Of a DNA stretch of 64,000 bases, positions 52,831-64,000 are shown in pieces. The stretch's first letter is position 1, and the number at the start of each line of letters is the position of its first letter. A model generated the notes under the pieces. It saw only the letters and a list, made by a program, of their open reading frames with translations. It was not told where the DNA came from and made no database searches. This stretch comes from Chiloscyllium plagiosum (Eukaryota): positions 39,422,252 to 39,486,251 of the forward strand of contig NC_057719.1 of NCBI RefSeq assembly GCF_004010195.1, in the 5' to 3' direction. The position numbers and the translations under genes are program-made.

Positions 52831-54945
52831 CCACAGTAGAATGGTTTTTGAATGCAACTGCTTACCCCATCCTTTTTGGTCATGGGGGTCATGAATTTTT
52901 CGCAATGGTGAAAAAATTTGTTATTCTCTGCATTGACTAGTGCCATGGTGGAAGGCGTAGGTTCACCCATTCAGAAAAATTGAGCTTTCCTTCGCACTTC
53001 TGACTTGTGACAAAATATTTTGTAAACTTGTAAACTGTTAAATTTGCTATTACGTTTCTCGATCTGTTCCAAAGGCAGTACTGCCAGTAATATTTTAGGG
53101 AATTACTTTGGGTTCAGATGTATCTGGATTTGAACCTTTGGTGACAAAAAGTCGTCTTTCTTTTCTCTGCTTTGACAAGATATTTCAATAATCTTTTGCT
53201 ACTTATTTTTAATAATACCATTTTGCTTAAAATACTTCTACTAAATTCCATTAGTGCATTTAAGTGATCTGAAATTATAATTTTCAAAGGGTACTTTTCT
53301 CACTCCTATTTTACTAAAATGCAAAAGCTACATTCCTGTAAAACATACTGGATTAACAAGATGTAAAATAAGTTCTTTTTCAAAAAAAATTTATCAAATT
53401 AGAGAAGTGATCTTAATATTAGCTGTGTTTTGGCACTAGTCACCAGATGATGTGCAGAACTGATGTGACAGCACCATGCAGCTGTTTTCTTGAAATATTT
53501 GAAGTAATACTCTGAAGTACTTAATAACATCTAGGTCCCATTTAATGATTTAGGCAGGTGTCAGAGGCTAGCACAGTCCTTTGAACTAGTATTTATATTC
53601 TAAGTGGTATTTATATTCTACTGTTAACTGTGTGATTAAAGGTTGGAATGAGATGACCTTTCAGTGTAACTGAGAGTGCACTCAATGCTATTGTAATTAT
53701 AAAAAGATTGAATCTTTTGGTTTTCAATATGTATTGAACTATTTATTTATAGTATACTGTGTTGACCCATGAGCATACTGTATAGGAAAAAAAGCTTACA
53801 TTTTATGTTGGATTGTGGTCCTATTCAGAAGATTGTTTCCCTTGATTTTTTTTTGGTATCATAAAGTAAGTGACCAAGTTGCCTGACCAGTAAACAAGAC
53901 GTTAATTAGAGGAGAAATTTTGGGTACTGGTGAAAGTGTTGTTGAAGATATTGCAAGCCCTTTAAGAGCAGAAGGACTGTATTAATAGTGAGGTGAACTC
54001 CAGGGTAGCCAAGCCAAGGAGAGTCCAATTTCTTCGATGAAAAGTCACTTTGAAGCCATCATGCCCATTACAAGGCTGCCATGTGCAGCAATAATGCACC
54101 ACAGGAGGACTAAATTCTAAATTAGCGAATAGTCAGTTTTGACCAGCAGTGCCAGAACTCTGTAACAGACACTGCCAGTACTGCCAGATGGAGTCTCAGG
54201 AAGATCAAAGATGTTAAAGTCCAGGGCTTTAGTACGGGGTTGGACTCTCGAACGTAGGGAAAGGGAGTTGAGGGAGGTGAAATTCCATCAGTAAGGCAGT
54301 GCAGAAGGAGGCGGGGAAAGGGGTGGAATCTTGCGGACTCAGGTTTTCATGATGCCCCTCATTGTATACAGGACATTCCCTCCTTGAATGAGGTAACCCC
54401 TGCACATTTTACCTTAATTCATTTAGATCTGTAAGACAGTGGATCCAGTCCTGGTCAACTGTCCACACCAGCCATATGGTGTAGGCAGCATATTCAGGCC
54501 AAGAGGCATGTTAACAAGGCAAATTGGCCTTCTAATTATTTATTTAAATATGGGTGGGAACCAAAATTGGCTGCCTACCTACCACCTTATATAAAAGAGA
54601 GTGGGTTTGGGTTGGTTAGTTAGTTGTCTTCCAACTTATTTTATCTGCTTCCTAACAACACGCCTGGCAAGGTGCGACATGTAAAATCCAGCCCACACCT
54701 GAGGTACTAACAGCATCTATTTTGAACTGAGTGTCTACACACAATGGAAGAAGTTTGAAGGGGCAGCCTGACAATGTAAACAGATGACACAATAAATTTA
54801 GATTTTTAAATAAAGCTTTGTAAATGCGTTGATCAAGTGGTCAAATTGCAAATCTTTGAATATTTGATTTATTTTGCTACAAAAGTCAAATCCATATAGA
54901 AGGAAATTTGAATGAAATAGTTTTGTTTAGTTATGAATAACTGCA

Positions 54946-55105
54946 TGTCGAGCAGCATCCAAGGAACAGGAGAATCGACGTTTCGGGCAAAAGCCCTTCT
55001 TCAGGAATGATTCTCCTCTGCCTTGAATGCTGCCTGACCTGCTGAGCTTTTCCAGCAACACATTTTCAGCTCTGATCTCCAGCATCTGCAGTCCTTACTT
55101 TCTCC
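54946..55105. mobile_element. 160-bp fold-back HHR-bearing insertion with 15-bp TSD
   Basis: TSD ttatgaataactgca at 54931-54945 and 55106-55120; minus-strand HHR ATTC-CTGAAGA-A-GGGC-TTTT-GCCC-GAAAC-GTC-GATT at 54973-55008. Confidence 0.88.
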
Positions 55106-56811
55106 TTATGAATAACTGCAGTCATTATAGTTTTAATATTCTTAGCATAGCCAGCTCTCAGTGTGTGGTGACTGGTATTCACATTCTTTGATATTTGTAT
55201 ATTCATATTGCAGTTAGTGGATGTAGATTCTGAAATGGAAAATATTCTTTTGATGCCCAGATTAATTTTAAACCTGTTTAGTGCAGGCGGGGGTAGTTAC
55301 TGCGGAAGTCTAGCTTAACCACGTGGAGGCATTTACAGCCACAAAGGCCTTTTCATTTGTCTCAAGATGCACTTTTCCTATTTGTCTGGCTGAATTTATG
55401 TTTAACTTCTCAATATTTAGAACTTATTTATAGACCAATATACTCCTAATTCTGAATATTTGAAGGTTACTTGAATGTCTTATAGTATAGGTTTTAACAC
55501 TTAATAACAATTGACAGATATTGATGTAAAATAGTGCATTTACATAATGTGCAATAATGTCTAAAATATAAGTTTAGGCTTTAATACATAATTTACATTT
55601 TCTACCTCAGTAGATTTATACAAAGTATGTACTTTATTTTGCCTCTGAAAGTATTTTTCCTTTATATTCTTCACTCATTAGTTATAGCCTTCTAAAACGT
55701 GTTTAAAATGTTCAGAAATTTTGTGTGTCAGTGAGGCAACAAATTGGTAATGCAAGTCACAGAACAAAGCTGTGGTAACAGCAGTATTCATAAACCACAG
55801 CCTCCACCCTTTCTGTTAATGTTGATATTTCCTCTACATTTGCAGTTGCAATTTTTTTTTTCAAATTCTGAAGAGCTTGGATACTGTTAGCTAATTTTTA
55901 AATCAATTTCATTTGTGGAAGAATACCATTTTTAAAGCGTGTTGAACATTCAAATTTACTATTGTAAAATTTAGAAGTTGAAATTAACCATTGCATGCAA
56001 AATTTGTTGCGAACTGCATGAGCCCAAAATTGTTTTAAGTGATTGAGCGCTTTGAGTTCCAACCAGAAAGTTGTGAATTTTCAGTTAAGCTGTAGATCTT
56101 TTCAGTTTGATTAATTTTCAGTGAGTTTATATATCAGCATTATTATATTGGCTTTGTTATGGTTTTGGTTTCATATCAGTGCTTGTTACATTTACTTTGA
56201 AGAAACTAGACCCCTTAAACCACAAGCAGAATTGTAGACCATTGAAAACACTGCAGCAGGAGGCAAAAGGCACCGATTGTTTTTCATCTTCTGTTAATCA
56301 GATCCAAATTTCACCACTCTTAGCTGATCATTAAATTGTATTATGAAAACAAACCATTACATGTTGAAAATATGAAATAAGAACAAAAATGGCTCGAAGA
56401 ACTCAGAAGTCAGGCAGCATCTGTGGAGAGAAAGAGTTAACATTTTAAATTTTTTTTATATATCAGAACTGAAGAAAGGTAGAAGTGCACAAGATTTGAA
56501 GCAGATATATTTGGTGGTGGGGACAGGAAGAACAAAGGAGAAGGTCTGTGAAAGGGTGGAGGCCTGGCGAGATTAAATAACAAAAGATTTCATGATGCAC
56601 CAGCCAAAGAGCATGGTAATGGATATAGTAAGGGAACAAAGATTGTGTCTGAATGCAAAATGAAGGGATAAAGAAAGAAATGAGACAAAGACCAATCCAG
56701 CAAGACAAAAAAACACACTGTAGAGGCAGAGGTTTGATCTGAATTTGTTGAACTTAGTGTTGAGTACAGAAAGCAAGTTGAAAAATAAATTGCTGTTCCT
56801 TGAGCTTGTGT

Positions 56812-59050
56812 TAGACAATAGACAATAGGTGCAGGAGTAGGCCATTCTGCCCTTCGAACCTGCACCACCATTCAATATGATCATGGCTGATCATCCATAA
56901 TCAGTATCCTGTTCCTGCCTTATCTCCATAACCCTTGATTCCACTATCCTTGAGAGCTCTATCCAACTCTTTCTTAAACGAATCCAGAGACTGGGCCTCC
57001 ACTGCCCTCTGGGGCAGAGCATTCTACACAGCCACTACTCTCTGGGTGAAGAAGTTTCTCCTCATCTCTGTCCTACATGGTCTACCCCGTATTTTTAAGC
57101 TGTGTCCTCTGGTTCGGCACTCACACATCAGCGGGAACATGTTTCCTGCCTCCATCAGACCCCCATCTTATGTCTCAACCAGACCCCCTCTCAGTCTTCT
57201 AAACTCAAGGGTATACAAGCCTAGTTGCTCCAGTCTTTCAGGGTAAGGTAGTCCCGCCATTCCAGGAATTGACCTCATGAACCTTCGATAGCCAGAATGT
57301 CTTTCCTCAAATTTGGAGACCAGAACTGCACACAATACTCCAGGTGTGGTCTCACCAGGGCCCTGTACAGCTGCAGAAGAACCTCTTTGTTTCTATACTC
57401 AATCCCTCTTGTTATGAAGGCCAGCGTGCTATTAGCCGCCTTCACTACTTGCTGTACCTGCATGCTTACCTTCATTGACTGGTGTACAAGAACACCCAGA
57501 TCTCTCTGTACTGCCCCTTTACCTAACTTGATTCCATTTAGGTAGTAATCTGCCTTCCTGTTCTTACCACCAAAGTAGATAACCATACATTTATCCACAT
57601 TAAACTGCATCTGCCCACTCACCTAACCTATCCAGGTCACCCTGTAATCTCCTAACATCCTCCTCACATTTCACCCTGTCACCCAGCTTAGTATCATCAG
57701 CAAATTTGCTAATGTTATTACTAATACCATCTTCTATATCATTAATATATATTGTTAAAAAGCTGCGGTCCCAGCACTGATCCCTGCAGTACCCCACTGG
57801 TCACTGCCTGCCATTCCGAAATGGAGCTGTTTATCACTACTCTTTGTTTCAATCCAAGTTAGTAATTTGCCCGCAATACCATGCGCCATAATTTTGCCCA
57901 CTAACCTCCTATGTGGGACTTTATCAAAAGCTTTCTGAAAGTCCAGGTACACTACATCTATTGGATCCCCCTTGTCCATCTTCAGAGTTACATCCTCAAA
58001 ACATTCCAGAAGATTAGTCAAGCATGATTTCCCCTTCATAAATCCATGCTGACTCTGACCTATCCTGTTAATACTATCCAGGTGTGTCGTAATTTCATCC
58101 TTTATAATAGACTCCAGCATCTTTCCCACCACTGAGGTCAGACTAACTGGTCTATAATTTCCTGCTTTCTCTCTCCCACCTTTCTTAAAAAGTGGTACAA
58201 CATTAGCCACCCTCCAATCTGCAGGAACTGATCCCGAATCTATCGAACTCTGGAAAATAATCACCAACACATCCACGATTTCTCGAGCTACCTCCTTCAG
58301 CACCCTGGGATGAAGACCATCATGCCCCGGGTACTTATCAACCTTCAGTCCTAACAGTCTCTCCAACACCAATTCCTGACAAATATAAATTCCCTTAAGT
58401 TCAGGTCCTCCAGCCACTGTTACCTCAGGGAGATTGCTTGCGTCTNNNNNNNNNNNNNNNNNNNNNNNNNNNNNNNNNNNNNNNNNNNNNNNNNNNNNNN
58501 NNNNNNNNNNNNNNNNNNNNNTGCTATGTTATATTTTTTCTCTTTTAACTTTATATGTTTCTTAACTTCCCTCGTCAGCCACGGCCACTCATGCCTCCTC
58601 CTAGGATCTTTCTTCTTTCTTCCTTTTTGGAATGAACTGATCCTGCATCTTCTGCATTATACACAGAAATATCTGCCATTGTTCCTCCACTGTCATCCCT
58701 GCTAAGGTATTGCACCATTGAACTTTGGCCATCTCCTCCCTCATAGCTCCATAGTTCCCTTTATTCAACAGAAATATTGTCACTTCCGATTGTACCCTCT
58801 CCCTCTCAAATTGCAGATTGAAGCTTATTGTATTATGGTCACTACTTCCCAATGGCTCCTTCACTTCGAGGTCCCTGATCAATTCTGGTTCGTTGCACAA
58901 TACCAGATCCAGAATTGCCTTCTCTTTGGTAGGCTCCAGCACCAGCTGTTCTAAGAATCCATCTCTGAAGCACTCCACAAAGTCTCTTTCTTGAGGTCCA
59001 ATACCATCCTGATTCTCCCAGTCTACCTGCATGTTGAAATCCCCCATGAA
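56812..59050 (-). mobile_element. CR1 LINE ORF2 (relatively young), spanning an assembly gap
   Basis: Minus ORFs [42 protein letters not shown] and LEYCVQFWSP; tail (ctattgt)n. Confidence 0.95.
58446..58521. other. Assembly gap (N run)
   Basis: Run of n characters. Confidence 1.
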
Positions 59051-59510
59051 CCTCACTGGAACTTACTTAGCCCATGATAGGTCAGCACGAGAGCAAGGTG
59101 GAAACTTTAAAGTGAAAAGCAACCGTGTTTATATTTGCAGACTGGACAGATAGCTATGTTCCAAGATGTGACCTCCCTGTGCAGAGAATGTCATGAGCAG
59201 TGAATGTAGCACACTAAAATGAAAGAAATTGCAGCAAATTATTTTTTCACTTGGAAGAATTGGTTTGGACAGTGAGAAAGGTGTCTTACGTTGCAGTATC
59301 TAGTTAGAGATGGTTGAGGATAAAATGTGACGTGTCTTAGTGAGAAGAGCACTTGTCTTACACAATAAGATGTAATTTTATTATTTATGATAGGTACATG
59401 AACTCTGTAGTTGTGCTCCTCAGCTATCTTCCCAGGTATTACCCTTTATAAGCCTTGCAATATATTGGATATAGTCCACTGGAAAATCTCTGGTGCTGAA
59501 GTGATCCTGA

Positions 59511-59688
59511 GTAGAGGAAAAAAATCAGAAGTTGGAATCCAAGGTATTCAGGCAGAAGGCTGGAAGAATGCAGCAAGCCAGGCAGCATCAGGAGGTGGCA
59601 AAGTCCACGTTTCGGGTGTGACCAGTCCTGAAGAAAGGTTATATCTGAGACATTTTCTTCTCCACCTCCTGATGCTGCCTGGCCTGTG
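59511..59688. mobile_element. Older fold-back HHR-family insertion with probable 10-bp TSD
   Basis: gtgatcctga at 59501-59510 and 59689-59698; arms ccaggcagcatcaggaggtgg / ccacctcctgatgctgcctgg; decayed cctgaaga core and acgtttcggg. Confidence 0.7.
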
Positions 59689-60629
59689 GTGATCCTGAAT
59701 TGCAGTCTATTGAAGCAAAATCTCCCAAATAGAATTATAAATGCAGTAAGCAGTCTTGTTAGTTCATCTAATGGTAATTGTCGAAAACCGCTGTTTGCCT
59801 AATGTTTGGTAAGATCTCAACTTTTGGACAACTTGGCTAAACTTTCACTGTACACATAGGATGGATTCCCCTCATTCCTGTCTTGCTGAGTTATTAGATT
59901 AACTATCCTGATTAATCCCTTTGGTTTGGGAACAGCAAGCGTACCCGAATGCCACCTCATTAGTTTGGTTACTAGGCAATAGCATCCATTTTGGTCATTT
60001 CCTCGAGTCTTTCTGAACTTGATTTTTTTTAAGTTAGGGAATCTTCCTGGGGTATGGTGACATACTAGCACAGCATCCTTTTTATCAAATGCTGTATTCA
60101 GTACTGAATTTGTTTAATCCAGTGAATAATTTAGTGGAATCCTTTTTAAAGGAAAATTTACTTGTATTCCAATTCTTCACCCTTTTGAATTCAGGTTAAG
60201 GGAAAAGCATGTCTTTGTCAAGTGATGTTTCCTGTGTATGAATTATGGATATGTTTTCTACTATCTGATTTTTTTGTAATTTTACTTACAGCGTACCTAT
60301 TAATGTAGAAAGTTATGCATCCTACACACACAGTTTCATGCTTGCAGCCTATAACTGCTGTTTCTTCAGCCATGGTATTTGAAGTGATAAGATAATGACA
60401 CTTGCCCTGTATCAAGCTTAAAATTAATGAAATGTCCATTGACATAAATAAGTTCAGAAAAATACTCAGTTGAATCACAAACTTCCCCTAGGACTGCTTT
60501 GGATATCTTTTTGGTGGTAGTTCTATCGCATTAATGTTTGCGTAAGTAACTATTTGGCTTCATTTTGCTCTGAAACTGTGTTTCACTTCTGCACATCTTC
60601 TGGAAAAAACCTTTTAGTTTGCATTTTTT

Positions 60630-63600
60630 TCATACCTGGAGCCGGAGAGACTTTTTTTTTGTTCCACAGGACTGACACTGACTCGTGGCTTCTGTTGAAT
60701 GGCTTACTCTGTGTTGATGTCTTGTGTACCTGTGGAGTGTTGAGACCTTATAAAGTGGATAAGGTCTGTTGTTCGGCGGATCCAAGATGGCGACAGTCTG
60801 AGTGGTCTGCAGTGCTGGGCTCTGTGCCATACCCCCCCCCGGGCAAGGTGGAGAGTTACCCCCCTCCCCCCATCAACCAACCCTCGGGAGAAAAAGTATT
60901 AATTTAAACTTACTGACTATTTGGAGCTGCTGAATCATCTTGGACAGCTTTAAGGCCAGGATGAAGTCTGGTAAAAGAAAGGGGCCTAAAGGAAGACAGC
61001 AGACAGGGCACTTTCCTACTGCATTGGGGGTGGGCGGAAGGGTGGGGGGGGAGGGTGTAGAGGGTTGCTGCAGCCAGTGCTCAGTCTCCTGGGATATCCC
61101 CTTTGGATCCAGCAGGACAGCAGCATTTATTCTCAGAGTTTGCCTCAGAGAGTGGATCCAAGCAGCAGTTGAGCCATTAGCTGCCATGCTAAAAAGGCAT
61201 GAGCAGGAATTCCAGCTGCTGGAATGAAGACGTGAGGCAGTGGAGGAGAGGACCGAGGCATCTGAGACCGTAGCGGAGGTCCCGGGAGGATGAATCCGAA
61301 CGCTGGATGACCAGGTTTGGATCCTTCAAGATCGAGTCAATGACCTGGAAAACAAAACTAAAAGGAAAAACTTAGATTGCGGGTCTTCCGGAATGGGTAT
61401 CCATTGTTAACTTTCAGAATGTAAATAACAGGTTTTCCTCATTTGTGAATTGGATAGGGCATGGCCTCAGCTAGAGGGAGTTAAGATGTTAGTAAGGATT
61501 GGGAGGGGTGCCCACTATGGGCAAGAGAGAAGATCTCGAGTGAATTGGTGGTTATTTGGGTGTCTGTTTCAGTTAAATGTAGTGTGTTTTTTAAGTTGTA
61601 GTTGTTTTCATAGGAACGGTTCTTAGATCTCATAGAGTTAATATTTTTGGAACGTGTCGCACCTCAGATAAACTCCCTCCTCCTGGGAAGCCATGGGCTG
61701 TCCTACATGACCCCCGCTAGTGATTTGTTCAGGTGATGCATCTGGAATATAAAAGGGAGCCATTCTCCTATTAAAAGAAAGAAGGTCTTATCAAGCCTCA
61801 GGAAAGAAAGGGTAGACATTGCCCTGTTGCAGGAGATGCATCTAACTGATAAGGAGCATCTGAAACTGCAGCAGGGGGGGCTTATGACAGGATATTTTTC
61901 TCATTCTTCAGCTCTAAGAGTAGAGGAGTGACTATACTGATAAGAAGGAACCTCCCTTTCCAGGTAACGGAGCAGATCAAGGATGAACATGGACGGTTTA
62001 TCATTGCTCATACATGGAGAAGATTAACCTCTTAAATTTCTAATTGATGCAATGGCTAAAATAATGAACTGTGGGGTTTGCCGTATGATTATAGGAGGGG
62101 ATTTTAATTGCCCAATAGATCCAAGAGATTGACAGGGTGCCAAAAGGCCTGACAGGTATGCCCGCGCAGTCTAAACAGTTGGTGGACATGTGCGATGAGT
62201 TGGGACTAGTGGATGTGTGGAGGCACCTCCTCCCTAATGGAAGAGACTTCGCATTCTATTCCAACCCCCACAAGTGCCATATGCAAGTTGACATGTTTCT
62301 TATGCCAACTGATGGTTTGGACAGAACATTGGTGTGCAAAATTGGGAATATAGCTGTTTCAGATCATGCACCAGTGTATTTAGATGTTAAAATCAAGGCT
62401 CGTGGAATGGATGCACATCATTGGCGCATGGATCCATTTTGTTAGGGGGTGGCAAGTTTATTGAATATATTACAAGAGAGTTCAGGGCCTTTTGGGGATA
62501 TTAATTCAGGTACAGCTCGTAATCTGGCAATGCTTTGGGAGGCCACTAAGGCATATTTACGAGGTCTGATCATTTCACATTCAACGACTAGAAAGAGGCA
62601 GAGGGAGAAGCAGCAACAGATGCTGGAGGCCCGGCTGAAGGTAGCTGAGAAAACATTATAATAGGCCGTCATTGGTCAAGCTTCAGCGGGTCACAGCTCT
62701 TTGAGTTGTTTTCGACTCAATGCACACACAAGTGGCTAAAAAAGAGGTCTCCTTTGCCAAACAAAGACTGTTTGGATTCTGAGATAAGCCTGGTAGATAT
62801 CTGGCTTATTTGACTAGGAGGAAAGAAGCTTCCCAATCTATTACCTCTGTTAGGGAGAAGGCTGGTATGATTATCCGCGAATTGAAAAAGATCAGTGTTA
62901 GGTTTAGGAAATACTTTGAAGAGCTATTTCGGTCGCAGGGGTACGAACACAGTACAATGGGAATGCAGCCCTTTTCTGAAAGTCTGAACCTCCCCAACAT
63001 AAGTACGGAGGAGGCTTTCCTTTTGAATGCACCTTTAATGGTACAGGAAGTGCAGGAAGCAATAAGGCATCTCCAGGGAGGCAAAACACCGGGACCAGAT
63101 GGATTCCCAACTGAATTCTATAAGGATTTCATAAGCATGTTAGTGGAGCGACTTCTGGGGATGTACGAATATTCTTATGCACAAGATTGTCTGCCACCTG
63201 CTCTTAGGGAGGCTGAGGAGAGTATTGAACACAGTACAGGTATACTAGCAAAGATTGATTCCAGGTTTGGCGGTCGCCCTGGATGCAGAAAAGGCGTTTT
63301 GATCGGATAGAATGGCCGTATCTATTTGAGCGCTTTGGTTTGGGGGGATCCTTTGCCAGATGGGTAGCAGTACTGTATAATGATCCTAAGGCGGCAGTCA
63401 TTACAAACTGTATTAAGTCAAATAACTTTAATATTGGAAGAGGTAGTTGATAGGGGTGTCCTTTATCACCGCTGTTTTTTACCTTGGCGATTGAATTGTT
63501 AGATGAAACTATCAGGAGGGATCCTGAAATAGTAGCGCCAAAGGTGGGAATGGGGGAAGCATAAGATCACCCTATATGCTGACGACGTCTTTTTATTCTT

Positions 63601-64000
63601 GGCCCATCCTGTTCCTCGATTGATCCAAACATTTAATTCATATGGTGGTTTCTCGGGTTACAGGATCAATTTTACAAAATCGGAAGCCATGTCGGCAGGG
63701 GGAATAGTGGAGGTGCCTGACGAAGGATGGAATGCAATTCCCAATTCCCGTTTAGATGGTCGCCAAAAAGTCTTTTGTATTTGGGAATTTTTATTACCCC
63801 TTGCTTCCATCATCTGTATAAAGCTAACTATGTACAACTGAGAGAGGATAAAACAGGATTTGCAGCGGTGGGAGGGATTACCGTTATCCTGATTGGGCCG
63901 GATAGCCCTGATTAAGATGAATGTTCTTCCTCACCTGCTGTACCCCATGAGAATGCTCCCGTTGTTGTTACCCAGATAAGTGTTATGGAGGCTCAATGGT
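60630..64000 (+). mobile_element. Decayed L1-clade LINE (5' UTR, ORF1 remnant, ORF2 EN plus RT), runs off the window
   Basis: ORF1 remnant NDLENKTKRKNL..GLPE near 61340; EN WNIKG..IALLQE, GGDFN, SDHAPV; RT KTPGPDGF, LDAEKAFDRIEW, GCPLSP, YADDV; YY1-like AAGATGGCG at 60784. Confidence 0.9.

Noticed and set aside
53395..53835. Candidate MARK3 exon 4 (agagaagtg at 53401, ctattcaga at 53821)
   Set aside because: Neither translates to LFREVRIMK or has a suitable acceptor.
54320..54694. Possible MITE with ends ggggtggaatcttgc / gtaaaatccagccc
   Set aside because: Terminal match is weak and no TSD is visible.

Overview
Eukaryotic (not prokaryotic) DNA. The repeat content points to a cartilaginous fish, probably a shark (inference from HE1-type V-SINEs and abundant CR1 LINEs). 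The window holds the CpG-rich promoter and first three coding exons of MARK3 (+ strand: 846-896, 7167-7361, 14142-14195). I found no exon 4, so intron 3 appears to exceed 49.8 kb. Almost all other ORFs in the track are decayed retroelement fragments: many CR1 LINEs (one near full length with ORF1), V-SINEs, Penelope-like elements (RT plus GIY-YIG), Tigger/pogo-like MITEs, a solo LTR, a Helitron helicase fossil and an L1-clade LINE at the right end. The most notable signal is a set of very short (100-305 bp) non-coding, often fold-back insertions flanked by 10-15 bp target-site duplications (TSDs). They carry minimal type I hammerhead ribozyme (HHR) motifs derived from Penelope-like terminal repeats, and one sense-strand copy in the MARK3 intron has an intact core. 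Old-repeat boundaries are approximate and were read by eye. No database searches were run.
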